This document shows positions 35,900 to 47,429 of a DNA stretch of 64,000 nt, piece after piece. Position 1 is the first letter of the stretch. Each line of letters starts with the position of its first letter. The stretch is taken from positions 6,014,001 to 6,078,000 of the forward strand of contig NC_045711.1 in the NCBI RefSeq assembly GCF_009834535.1, written 5' to 3'. Made by a program: the position numbers and the translations under genes. This stretch comes from Camelus ferus. Its lineage: Eukaryota. Below the pieces are notes generated by a model. The model was not told the DNA's origin. It saw nothing but the letters and a program-made list of their open reading frames with translations, and did not search any database.

Positions 35900-38250
35900 A
35901 TAGACAGAGATGCTTAGTGCTCAGGGGCTCAACTTGAGTTACCCAGGTCTAGGCGATGGACGTTCATCTGCAGATCATAATGCCAGATGCTGATTCAACG
36001 GCCTTGTCTCTAGAGAGTTCACTAGTTGGTGATGGAATATACATTCATGAGATATCTTATAGCTGTCCAGAGACACGCGCAACCTGCCTTTCAAAGATTC
36101 AGTGTGATCTAATGTTGGGAAGACACTTAGAATTCAATAGAACAACAGTCAGATTTCAGGGCTTCTGTTTCCTTGAGATTTGACCCAGAGTAAATTATTT
36201 AATCTCTCTATCTCACTTTCCACAACTGTAAGGTGGGAATAAAGGTGTTTTCCTAATAGAAATTGTCTAGGGGATTAATTAAGGTAACACATAAGGTTTC
36301 TAGAACAGTTCCTGGAATAACCAATGGTAATCGCTCTCCTCTGTGTATCCCCTACTCTAAAGACATCCTTCCTTCTTCCAGTCTCTAATACAGCTTTGTA
36401 CCAGGCTTTTTCAGGCAACAGCTAACACATCATAATGTTAATGAACTTTATATGTGTCTGTGTTTTCCCTTCATCATTCAGCTCTAAGCTCGGGCAGTAT
36501 AAATATGGATCTTTTCACTTATTCGTGCCCTGCAGTGCCCATCCTCGCTGATAGTCAGTAAAAGCGCGTGTGTTGACTGCTGGGTTGGTTAACAGCTGTA
36601 AGAGTGCCTCCCCTCACTGATGTACGGGCCCCGTACTGGGTGACGTAACAGGACGTATATGGTGTGTGTGCTGAGACAAGAAAAGGGGGAGAGAGATTCT
36701 CTGGGTTAAGAAATGGGTGATGGGTACTGTATGAAGGGGACTGGAAGAGCTCTTATGAAGGGAACAAGGATTTTAGAAGATGTTACTGACTATAAGTACA
36801 GAAGACAAAGGAAGAGTGTGAAAAAAGAGAAATAGAATAGACAAGGGGGAAAATAGGGGTAATTAAGAGTAAGAAAGGGGAAGGAAGGGGAATGGAAAGG
36901 TAGGGGGCCAGGAATGGGGACCAAGGTGAAGAAGGACACGGAGGGTGAGAGATAGATGTGACAAGTAAGGGTTAAGTGGCCGCCGTCCTCGTCCAGCCTT
37001 GTCTCACCCACCTGACCTGCCTGACCGCTGGTCTGTTGGAGGTCATTTTAATATCATCATTCTGCTTCCATTTCCTTCCACTCCAGTCCATCTTGTATGT
37101 CACTGTTAGTGAGACCTTTCTAAACTCATATCTGGTCCTCTTCCTCCTTCACTACAATCTTTTAATGACCATCTAGTGCCCACGGCTTAAAACTCAAATC
37201 CTCAGAAGCTCCTTAACATGCTTCATGGACTAATTCAGGGTTGAAAAACATACTTACACGTGTGCGCGCAGCTCCCTCTCAGAATGTCATACCAAGCTAT
37301 CAAACGTAGCCTCCATCTGCCCATCTAATCAGTATCCCTCGTGCCCAGGAACTGAGTGCTGTTCAAGGAATTCACAGTCTCTCACATGTGCCGTGTGCTT
37401 GGCTGCTACTGGAGCTTTGGAAATGAAACCTGTTTCCTGAAATACTGTCTATGACCTTCTCAACCCAGAAGTCCCGAAATATCACCTCTGTGAATTCTTG
37501 TCCAGTTCTCCCATGGAGAATTAATCCCTCATCCTCATTTCTCTGGGTTCCAATAACATTTTATAAATACCTCCTTTATACATTTATCATATTTTTCTGT
37601 TGTCTCTCTTAACTAGATTGTAAATTCAATAACTAGTAGCCTCAGGACCTATAATAGCAACTCTGATTTAGCAGTTGTTCAAGAAAAGTTTGCTAACAGT
37701 ACATTAGTACTAATTACATGGTCTTGTTCAATGTGACCATGTGGAGAATTTGGGGGTGCAATTCCTTATCCTTTGCTCTCAGCATTTTCCCTCTAAAACT
37801 CAGGGCCAATTTTTCACTTGGTTGTTGAAAGCCTGGTTTTGCACATGCAACTCCAGGAATCTGTTTCCAACACATTTCCCCTGCAATTCCTTTCTGACGC
37901 TCTGCTCATACGTTAGACTTACTACCATCAAGTCTGGGTAACTTGTTGAATCTATCCACCCTCCAGCAAGTGCTTCTCAATCCTTCTTACAGCTACTCTA
38001 TCTCCAGGTGAGTAAAGTCCGCTCGCCTACCTTCCTTCAGCCCAGAATGGGAGAGAGACTTCAGGTCTTACATCATCTTGGAGATCCTTTTCCTGCAGCA
38101 TCAGTTTCCCAGTCACTGCTCGTACATCACATCTATAAGAAGGTCTACACATCACGTGTAACCCTAGGGGTAGAGGGAATATCCTTGGGGAAAAATGACT
38201 GGACTGGGCTCAGGAAGCAGGGCTGGGCTGATTGCCACTGGGACTAGGGT
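35900..38250 (-). repeat. Segmental duplicate of the OR4D2 upstream region (paralog of about 51465-53960) with no downstream OR CDS
   Basis: Collinear similarity of roughly 85-90% by eye, e.g. 35921 tgcttagtgctcaggggctc vs 51474 tgcattagtgctcaggggctc, and 37981-38230 vs 53716-53955. Confidence 0.88.
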
Positions 38251-39630
38251 CCCTGTCTTCTGGCCTTGGTTCCCCAAACATATTACAGTATCCTCTTCAG
38301 ATGTAAAAACCTGGTTAGGAAAGCAGAATATTTGCAGACTACCAAGGAGTATTTGGTGGAAAAAGAAAAAATCCAAAGGGCAAGAACTCTTACTGAAAAT
38401 ATTTGACAATGTTAAAAGGGAGACCACTTCCAAAATACACTGTGAGGAAGGAGGCAGAGAGGCAGGGAGCAGAGAAGAATGTGATTGTTCCAGAGTTAAG
38501 ATGAAAGTGTTGACCATTCATCACAGATATTCATCCATAGATGAGGGATGCTCTAAGTTTTCCCTTGTGGTTGTGGGAGACGCTGTTTCAAATCCCTTCC
38601 ATTTCTCTTGCCTTGACTTGGAGTCAGAGGAACCAAGCTCTTGGCCACGCTCTGCTACTCACTTGCTGTTCATCATTGAGCAAGTCACTTCTCTCTCAGT
38701 TTTCTCATTTGTAAAACTGTTTAATGTAATAATATAACTGTCAGTTTTGTAAGAATGAGATAAAAGTGTGAAAGTGCTTAACACAATACCCGACACAGGA
38801 CTAGGTCCACAGAAATACTACCTTAATCTCAATTGCCACACCCCATTAAGGCTTTCCTCCAACTGTCACGTGGGAAAACAGAAGTTCAGAGAGATTTGTC
38901 ATGGAAAGTCAAACTATTTTAAGTTCACTTCCTGCTGCAAATCACTAGGCGCTTGCTTAATCTCTTCATGGCTGCCTGCATCTCCTGATTCCTCAGGGTG
39001 TAGATGATGGGGTTGAGCATGGGGGTCAAGACCGTGTAGCTGACAGACACAGCTTTGTCCATGGGGAAGGGAGTGAAGGGCTGGGAGTAGATATAGATAC
39101 AGGGAATGAAGATCATAGACACGACGATGATGTGGGTGGTGCAAGTGGAAGCTGCCTTCCTCCTCGCCTGCCCTGAGTGGGACCTGAGCATCATCAGGAT
39201 GGCAGTGTAAGAGACCAGAAGGAGGAGGAACCAGATGAGGACCAGCATCCCACTGTTGGAGATCATGAGGAACTCCAGGAGGGAGGTGTCAGTGCAGGCA
39301 AGTCTGAGCACTTGAGGAACATCACAAAATAAGTTATCCAGGATGTTGGGACCACAAAAAGGCAATGGGAGCATCAGAACCAGCTGGACGATGGAGTGGA
39401 CAAAGCCTCCTACCCAGGCAGCCACCACCAGACCCACACACACTCGAGTGTTCATGATGGTGACATAGTGGAGGGGCCGAGAGATGGCTATGTACCAGTC
39501 ATAGGCCATCATGGAGAGGAAGAAGACAGTTGCACCTCCCAAGAGGTGGAAGAAGAAGATCTGGGCCATACAGCCCTGGTAGGAGATGGTCTTAGTCTGT
39601 TGGAAGAAGTCCACCAGCATCTTCAGGGCA
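38250..39630 (-). repeat. Duplicate of the OR4D1 3' flank and body (paralog of about 56190-57590)
   Basis: Collinear; identity rises from about 70% near 38.3 kb to above 95% inside the CDS (by eye). Confidence 0.9.
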
Positions 39631-39860
39631 GTGACTGAGGAGAAACACAGGTCTATGACAGCCAGATTTCGGAGGAGAAAATACATGGGTGTGTGGAGCC
39701 GGGAATCAGAGGTCACCGTGACCATGATGAGGAGATTTCCCACGACAGTGGTGGTGTAGACAAACAGGAACACCAGAAACAAGAAAAGCTGGAGCTCCTG
39801 AGTCTGTGAAAGCCCCAGGAGGACAAATTCTGATACCCACGTGAGGTTGCCTGGTTCCAT
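38925..39860 (-). CDS. Olfactory receptor, family 4D; OR4D2/OR4D1 mosaic with intact 311-aa ORF but damaged motifs (possible OR4D2B-type locus or incipient pseudogene)
   Basis: ATG at 39860 ([12 protein letters not shown]), stop at 38925. OR motifs [18 protein letters not shown] and [12 protein letters not shown] are present, but MAYDRY reads MAYDWY and PKM reads LKM. Splice acceptor tttctttag| at 39879-39880. Confidence 0.88.
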   Translation of the reverse strand: MEPGNLTWVSEFVLLGLSQTQELQLFLFLVFLFVYTTTVVGNLLIMVTVTSDSRLHTPMYFLLRNLAVIDLCFSSVTALKMLVDFFQQTKTISYQGCMAQIFFFHLLGGATVFFLSMMAYDWYIAISRPLHYVTIMNTRVCVGLVVAAWVGGFVHSIVQLVLMLPLPFCGPNILDNLFCDVPQVLRLACTDTSLLEFLMISNSGMLVLIWFLLLLVSYTAILMMLRSHSGQARRKAASTCTTHIIVVSMIFIPCIYIYSQPFTPFPMDKAVSVSYTVLTPMLNPIIYTLRNQEMQAAMKRLSKRLVICSRK

Positions 39861-42139
39861 CGTGTCTTCTCCACACACCTAAAGAAAACAAACCACAGAC
39901 AGACATGCATGAAGCTCTTAGTCCTCAAGGGCTCAGTTCAGTTGTCTACATCGAGATGATGGACATTCTTACGTACAGATCATTATACAAAGAGCTGATT
40001 ACACAGCCTTGTCTCTGGAGGGTTCACTAGTTGGTGCTGGAACACACATTCATGATATATCTTAAAGCCATCCAGACACACATGCAACCTGACTTTCAAA
40101 GCTTCACTGTGATGTAGTGGTGGGAAGATACTTGGAATCCAACAGAACCAGAGTCAAATTTCAGAACTTTTATTTCCTTGGCATTTGACCTTGAGCAAGT
40201 TACTTAATCAGTTTCCACATCTGTAAGAAAAAAATGTGTTCTTTATAGAAATTGCCTAAGGGATTAAAAAAAAAACACATAAACTTCCAAGAGTAATGCC
40301 TGGACTAGTAAATGGTAATCACCTTCTCTGTGGATCCCCAACTCTAAAGACAACACCCTTCTTCCAGTCTCTAATACAGTTTTGTACCAGTCATTTTCCC
40401 TGCAACAGTCACCACATCATAATGTTAATGAACTTTTCATATGTCTGTGTTTTCCCTCCACAATTCAGCCACAATGTGCTAGAGACATAGGTCTTCATTT
40501 CACAATTTATTTGTGCCCTGAGGTGGGCATCCTTGCTCATAGTCAGTGCTTGTAAGTACATGCTGTTAACTGTTGGGTCGGTGAAAAGCTATTGGGTGTG
40601 CAGGTTCAGGTAGGGGAGCCTCTGGACACAGCTGGACAGCTGGAACATTTCATTTCTCCCTTTACCAAGTGTAGGTGGTACCTTTCTGGGTGAAGCACCC
40701 AAGGTCACATGTGGAGACAAGTGGCAGAGGTGTAACTGTTTCATGTGTGAAGAAATAGATGATGAATATCTTGTTTGAAGGAGACTGAGAGCTCTTCTGA
40801 AAGGACAGCAATATCAGAGGATGATATTGAATCCACGGGTAGAAGAGAAATAAAAATGTTGAAGAAGAAATGGAAATAGATGAAGAATTAAAGAGAGGAA
40901 GGAAATTATAGGAAGGAAATGGAGGGTTAGAGTGAGTGAAGGAAGGGGAAAGGAAAGGTGGTGGGGCAGTGGGGGGATGGGACCAAAGGTGAAGAAGGAC
41001 ATGGCGGGTGAGAGATAGAGGGTGAGAGGTGAGTGTTAAATGGCCTCCCCACTCTCCCTACCTTGTCTCACCTCCCAGACCCTCACCTGACCTACGGGTC
41101 CCCATTATCTATCAGAGATCAGTCCCTTCTTATTATTCAATTTCATTTCCAGTCTACCTTCTACACAGCTATCCAAGCGACCTTTCTAAACGCTGATCTG
41201 AACACGTTCCTCTGTCACTTCTATTCTTGCAGTGATTCTCACTAGAGCCCCTTAGGAGCCACATCAAATACTTTGTGGATCAAGTCAGGGTAGAAATACC
41301 TGTTACCCATATGCATGCAACTCAGCAGTCATACAGGGCTGTAGAATGTAAACTCCATCTGCCTTTCTCATCAGTATCTCTTCCTTTAATGAACCTCTAG
41401 CTCTTTAATTTCATAGTCTTAAATATGCCACATATTTATTTATTTCCATGTTTGTTTCCTGGAATTTTGTTCCCTACTTTCTCAACCTCAAATGTCACCC
41501 TCCCTGCCTCTCCTGCCACCATTTCTCCCAGGCAGAACAAATTTCTCATTTCTCAGGGTTCTTTAAACACTTAGCACATACCTCAGTTACAGGTTTATCA
41601 TCATTCTTTTTTTCCCAGCATCTCCCCTCAACAAACTCCACTGCAATGTCAATATCATGGTCAACCCAGAACTTGGAACAGCAACACTGCTGCAGCACAT
41701 GCTCAGTAAATGTTGTCAAATTCATGAATTAAGTAGGTAATTGTTTATATGGAGATTTTAGAAGTGATTTTACTTTTCCTCTGTTCCCTATCTCATAAGG
41801 CCAGTTCTATGCTTGGTTGATGGGTTTTACATGCAACCTGAAGCAACTATTTTAATAGCATATCCCCCTCAAAATTGCTCCCCAAATCTCTCCTCTAACA
41901 TTAGACTCACTACAATCAAGTCTATGTCTCTTGTTTAGTCTCCCCACCCTCCAACAGGTGTTTTCAAGAATCTGATTACCATTGACTTAACAGCCAGCGT
42001 GGAAACCCTAGTCTCTCACCTTCCTTCAGCCCCGAATGGGAGAAGAGAGTTCAGGAGTTACATCTTTCTAGGGCGTCCTCTCCATGTAGCTTCACAGGTT
42101 TCTGGTCTTTGCTCATACCTCACACACACAACTCATGGG

Positions 42140-42250
42140 ATGACCCTGGGGAAGAGGGGATATCCTCAGGGAAAATTGGACTGGGCTCAGGAGGAAGAGC
42201 TGGAATGATCCCTGCTGGGGCAAAACAACAATGGGAGTTGTTAAAAAGTT
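42140..42250 (-). promoter_or_regulatory. Candidate promoter of the mosaic OR
   Basis: O/E-like CCCTGGGGA 42144-42152 and TCCTCAGGGA 42163-42172; AACTTTTTAACAA (minus) 42250-42238. Confidence 0.55.
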
Positions 42251-42479
42251 TCTAAGTCTCTCAAAAACACTATTTGAAAGGTCACCTTGAGGGCAAAAAT
42301 CAAACAGACAAAACAAAAAACCCCACAACAAAACAAAATAAAACAAAACAAATATCCACCAAGGACAAAAATTGTAAGGATTCATGCCATGTGGGATCAG
42401 AAGACCAATATCAGAAAGGACAGATTCCTTCAAAATTACTGGGGTTTTGGAAAGACCCAATTCACAGAACAGTGGATCA

Positions 42480-42735
42480 CACACTTGAGCATCCATTAGA
42501 ATCATCTGGAGGTGAGGTTAAAACTTAGAAACCCACACAAAGAATATTTGACTTAGTAGGTCTTTGGTGGAGCCTGAGAAGTGACATTTCTTTTTTATAT
42601 ATATATATATTAAAAAATCATTTTAACACATATAGAAGTATAGTCAATATACAATGTTTTGTCAGAGAAGTCATATTTCTAGCTATTTTTCCCGTGATGC
42701 TTATCTGAGACCACAGTTTAAGAACCACTGACTTT
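42480..42735. mobile_element. MER5-type DNA transposon interrupted by a short L1 3' fragment
   Basis: agaatcatctggagg..ggtggagcctgaga..tttaagaaccact; inner insertion flanked by gagaagtgacatttct / gagaagtcatatttct. Confidence 0.6.
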
Positions 42736-43695
42736 GAGTTTCACTGTTCTCTGTCAGGACAACGGACAGTTCTTTCTTCCAACATCATGTAGACAACTGG
42801 TTTGATACTTACCTAAAAAAATAATTAATTGATCTTGGACAATGTTATAGGTGGGAAAATGTTTGTATACCACATTGGAAACAAATCCTGTAAATTCCGT
42901 CTTTTCTTTTGTCAACGAGACCTGAAGGTTGATTTTCCAATTATATTCAGTTCTATTGCACCATCTATAAAATTCTACTATTCCTTATATGTGATTTATT
43001 ACTCAATAAGATCCTTCCTTCCATACAAGGACTAGTGCAGGAAATGATATATTGTCTTATTATGATGAACTGGCCAGAACTGGACTTAACTGGCTTTATA
43101 ATCTTGGTGTACCATAAAAACTGTAATTTCCCAGAGAGAATTTTCTGTTTTACATGAGATTTCCAGGGTGGTCTGAAATCTTTTGTAACAGATATTTATA
43201 TTTAGAAAAATAAAATCCCTCTCATTTTTTAAAAAAAATCTTTGTAAAGCTCTGCTTTTTTCCACATACAAGAGATTCTAAAATCATTCATCCTTCCCAA
43301 TATTTACAGCTTCAGTTCATTTTAAAACCCAGCCTCTTGTTAAAATAGCCTGGGGTGATGTTAGAGGAGTCAGTAGGTCTTATCCATCTCCTTGACCGTC
43401 AGATGTCACTGAGTGTAACATTATTAATAGTAACTAATTAACTTACCTGGGTTAATTCCTTAAGATTCTGTTTTAGTCCCTAACAAGAAAGCCCTTGTAA
43501 CTTCTAGTTTATATATTTCTCCTCTCAAGGCACAAAAGTGACTGTAAGGTGTCTACTAAACCGTATCTCAACCCCAAAGTTGACTCCTCAAAGGCGCGAT
43601 TATAGATGATTTATCTGTTTTAGAAAAAGATTCCAATGTGGCATGTTGTTTTGGAGTTATTGTACTTGGTATTGTGAAAGTTCAAGAAATGTTTG

Positions 43696-44037
43696 TGTAA
43701 AAAATTAAACAGAAATTTCTGTTAAGTAGAGTTGCGAGACCAGAAGGAGGAGCTTTCACACCCTGTGAAGAGAGCAGAGCCCAAAGGAAGAAGAAAGACT
43801 CCTCTTCTTTTCTGGCAAGAACTCACCCAATGAAAAGCCCTGGACTATTTGTTTACAGTAGCCTTCCCACCCTGCCTTTCTTCTCTATAAAAGTGTTCTT
43901 CTTGTCATACACTGAAGGACTTGCAAATGGCTCACCATGGGTGCAGACCCTGAACTGCAATTCTCTGCTGAACCTGAAAAAAAAATCTATCTCCCCTAGA
44001 GAAATATTTGGCAGTCAACATTTCTTTTAGGTCAATA
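43696..44037 (+). mobile_element. ERV1-class solo LTR
   Basis: Begins TG and ends gtcaata, with 4-bp TSD TTTG (43692-43695 / 44038-44041). Internal CCAAT (about 43827) and TATAAAA (about 43886); polyA signal degraded. Confidence 0.75.
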
Positions 44038-45949
44038 TTTGTTAGCACAATGGAAAGTTATTGTTTTGTAAGACAGGGAGAGCAGTGAGAGGCAGGTCTG
44101 GGTACATCTCAATGCTCAATGCTGAGGTTACAAAAATAAGACATACGTTCTCCTCTCAGGAACTCACAGGTTGATAGGGAAACAGATCCAGAAACACATC
44201 AATGCACTTCATACAGGTGCTCTACGTAGGGGAATGCTCAAGGGTTAAAAGGCTGAGCAAATAACCATGAATGGGAGAGGAAGACTTCCCAGAGAAGAGG
44301 ACGCTTAAACAAAGGTGAAGTTCAAGTGTGTTTGGCAAACAAAGGAGGGAAAGTGTGTTTCTGGCAGGAAGAACAGAGGTCCAGAGGGGACATGGCACAG
44401 CATACCCTCATGAACCCTGAATGCCTCAACATGGCTGCAGCACAGGGGAAGAGGTGGGGCATTAGGGTGGAGAGGAGGCAGGGATCACTCTGACTAGTGT
44501 TAGGACACCAGGCTAATACAAGTCGATTTTACCTTGAGGGAGGAGAGATCTCCATGGAGGACGTCATGCTGAAGAATGACCTGCAGATGGAGGTCTCTAT
44601 GGCAGCAAGGAGGAGGAAACAGGGGAGTTGAGAGGATGGACATAGTGGGTACAACTCCTTTGTTTCTCATATCCCATTTTGTCTCAGAGGAGACTTAATG
44701 AGGGCAGTTCCAGCTTTTCCTGTGTCCATGACTCAGTCCATCCCAGCTTCACAATCATCAAAGATGTGAGGAGAGTGAACAGAAGACAGCAGAAAGGGAA
44801 AAGGAGATGAGAGCTGAGAAAAGGAGGAGGAGGAGAAATAGGTAATGAAGAAAAATCAGGGAAATAAAGCCAATGAGCCAATAGTCATCCATGTCCCAAT
44901 AATCTCAAGACACTGGTTCAGTGAGTCAGTGATGCTGTGGTCTCTCCCTCATGAGCCCAGATGGCTTCCATGCTTCATTATGGTGTATGTCCTCACACAG
45001 TCTCATTCAAAGGCTGGAGCTGAGCAATCTCATGGGCGTCAGTTTCTTTCTCCTCCTGCATCTCTTGCCTCTACTCATGGAGGAGAAATCTTTTCCAGAA
45101 GTTCCCTGCTTAACACATCTTTTGTGGTAATTTTCATTCCTGGATGACATGAGCACATGAGCATGCCAACTTGTAAGGATTCTGGAAAAATGAACACTTG
45201 TGACAGAGGACAAGCAAGGGAGAAGTGGTTGGGAATGGCTTTGGGTAAACACCCAAGAACAAGGCTATCTTCTTATAAAGCCCCTGGAAACAGGAATAAA
45301 CATGATGGACCAGAGGAAAGAGAACGCTGATAGTGATGAAATTCTGTCTACACGGGAAAAGTCTTATAACTTCGGAGGTCACAGACTCAAATGAGAAAAA
45401 ATGTCAGGTAGGAGTTTCTCTAACTAAAGAGGTAAGGAGGCTCATCACTCTCTTCATCCCAGCAAAATATTTGAGCATCTAAACCAAATACAGGAAAGCA
45501 AGTGTTTTCTTTGCAGAAACAACAACTCCAGAAAAACCCTCCATGTGTTGGAATGTGGGGGTCCTCCAGTAAATAGCTGATTTCCACCAGAACCCCTAAG
45601 GTAAAGTCTAAAGGCTTCAATACATAGAGGTATCAATTAGTATTTTATTGCCTTGCTCTTAAGTGTAGACACCCGAGGATCACCAGGAGTTTAATGAAGG
45701 CCACTGACACAAAAGGGAAAAACAAAAGAAATAGAAAAATGAATGAGAAGCAAACAGAGATTAATAGGAAACAGAAGTTTATACAATTAACATCCTTTGA
45801 CAGAAGCAAGAATTTTTAATATCCATAATAAGAACAAGATGGTATAAAAAAAAACAGAACAAAAAAAGAGTTTTTGGAAATTAAAATACGTTGACAGAAA
45901 TGAATACTTTAATAGAGTGATTTATTGATTTATGAGATTTAATAGAGCG

Positions 45950-47380
45950 ATATACAAAACAAACTAATAGAATTGATGGTCCAGAGATAAATCATACATT
46001 TATGTTTCAATGGATTTTCAACAAGGTGTCAAGAATATTCAACAGGTAAAGGAAAGTTTCTTCGGTAATGGTGCTGGGACAATTGGATATCCACATACAC
46101 AAGAGTAAAGACAGACCACTATCTCATACCATATACCTAAATTAACTCAGAATGGATCCAAGACCTAAATATAAGAGCCAAAACAGTAAAACACTTAGAA
46201 GAAAACATAGAAATAAATCTTCATGAACTTGGATTTGGCAGTGCATACTTAGTGATGATACCAAGATACAAGCAACAACAACAAAATGATAAATTGGACT
46301 TCACCCTAGTTAAAAACTTTTGTGCATCAAAAGACACTATGAAGAAAGTAAAAAGATTTCCCCTACGAATAGGAAAAAGTATTTGCAAGTCAAAATTTTG
46401 TCAAGGGTCTAGTATCCAGAATATATAATGAACTTGTACAACTCAAGAAAAAAAAGACAAACAACATGATTTTTGAAAGAGGCAATGGACTTGAATATAC
46501 ATTTCTTAAAAGAAGACATGCCAATGCTCAACAAGAAAAGATGCTCAACATGAAAAGGTGCTCAGTATCATTCGTAGTTAGGGAAATGAAAATCAAGCCA
46601 TGAGATACCACGTCGTAATAGGATGGTAATAACAATTCTACTACTACTGAATAACAAGTGTTAGTGAGGATGTGAAGAAATCAGCAGCTTCAGAATTGCT
46701 GGTGGGAATAAAAAATGGTGGTGCTGTGGAAAACACTGTGGCAGTTCTTCAACAAGTTACACATAGAATCAACTACATGACCCAGAAACTCTACACGTAG
46801 GTGTATACTCAAAAGTGCTGAAAACAGGTACTCAAATACTTGTACACAAATGCTTACAGCAGCATCTTTCAACAGATGAATGGATGAACAAAATGTGCTC
46901 TATCCTGACAGTGGAATATGATTCAGCCATAAAAAGAATGTGGTACTAATACATACTCCAATGTGGATTAACCCTATTAAACATTATGCTAAGTGATGGA
47001 AGCCAGACACAAAATATTTTACCATTCTACTTATATGAAATGTCTGGAATAGGTAAGTCCATAACAGAAAACAGATGAGTTGTTTCCAAGAGCTAAGGAG
47101 AGGGGAGGGAAGGTTGAGTGACTGCATGGTGGGTATGTGCTTTCCTTTCTCGGAGATGAAAATGTTTAGGCACTAGATAGAAGTGATTGCTGCACCGCAC
47201 GTGAAANNNNNNNNNNNNNNNNNNNNNNNNNNNNNNNNNNNNNNNNNNNNNNNNNNNNNNNNNNNNNNNNNNNNNNNNNNNNNNNNNNNNNNNNNNNNNN
47301 NNNNNNNNNNNNNNNNNNNNNNNNNNNNNNNNNNNNNNNNNNATATAATATATATATATATTAATTTTGTGCCATGTGAC
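45950..47380 (+). mobile_element. L1MB-type ORF2 end and 3'UTR (contains N gap)
   Basis: ggtgctgggacaattggatatccaca..gacctaaatataagagc..cagccataaaaagaatg. Confidence 0.8.
47207..47342. other. Assembly gap (136 N)
   Basis: N run. Confidence 1.
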
Positions 47381-47425
47381 TTTCATATTTGTGTGTGTGT
47401 GTGTGTGTGTGTCTATATATATATA
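47343..47425. repeat. (AT)n-(GT)n-(AT)n compound microsatellite
   Basis: Directly visible next to the N gap. Confidence 0.85.
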
Positions 47426-47429
47426 TGAA

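Larger units (their letters stand above)
39910..43100 (-). repeat. Older paralog of the OR4D2 upstream region (about 51480-54700)
   Basis: Collinear but more diverged (about 70-75% by eye); both copies share a MER5-type insertion and the O/E-site block. Confidence 0.75.

Noticed and set aside
39861-39878. ORF-track N-terminal extension MCGEDT on the 38925 and 50493 receptors
   Set aside because: It starts at GTG immediately after a splice acceptor. The real start is the ATG of MEPGN (39860 and 51428).
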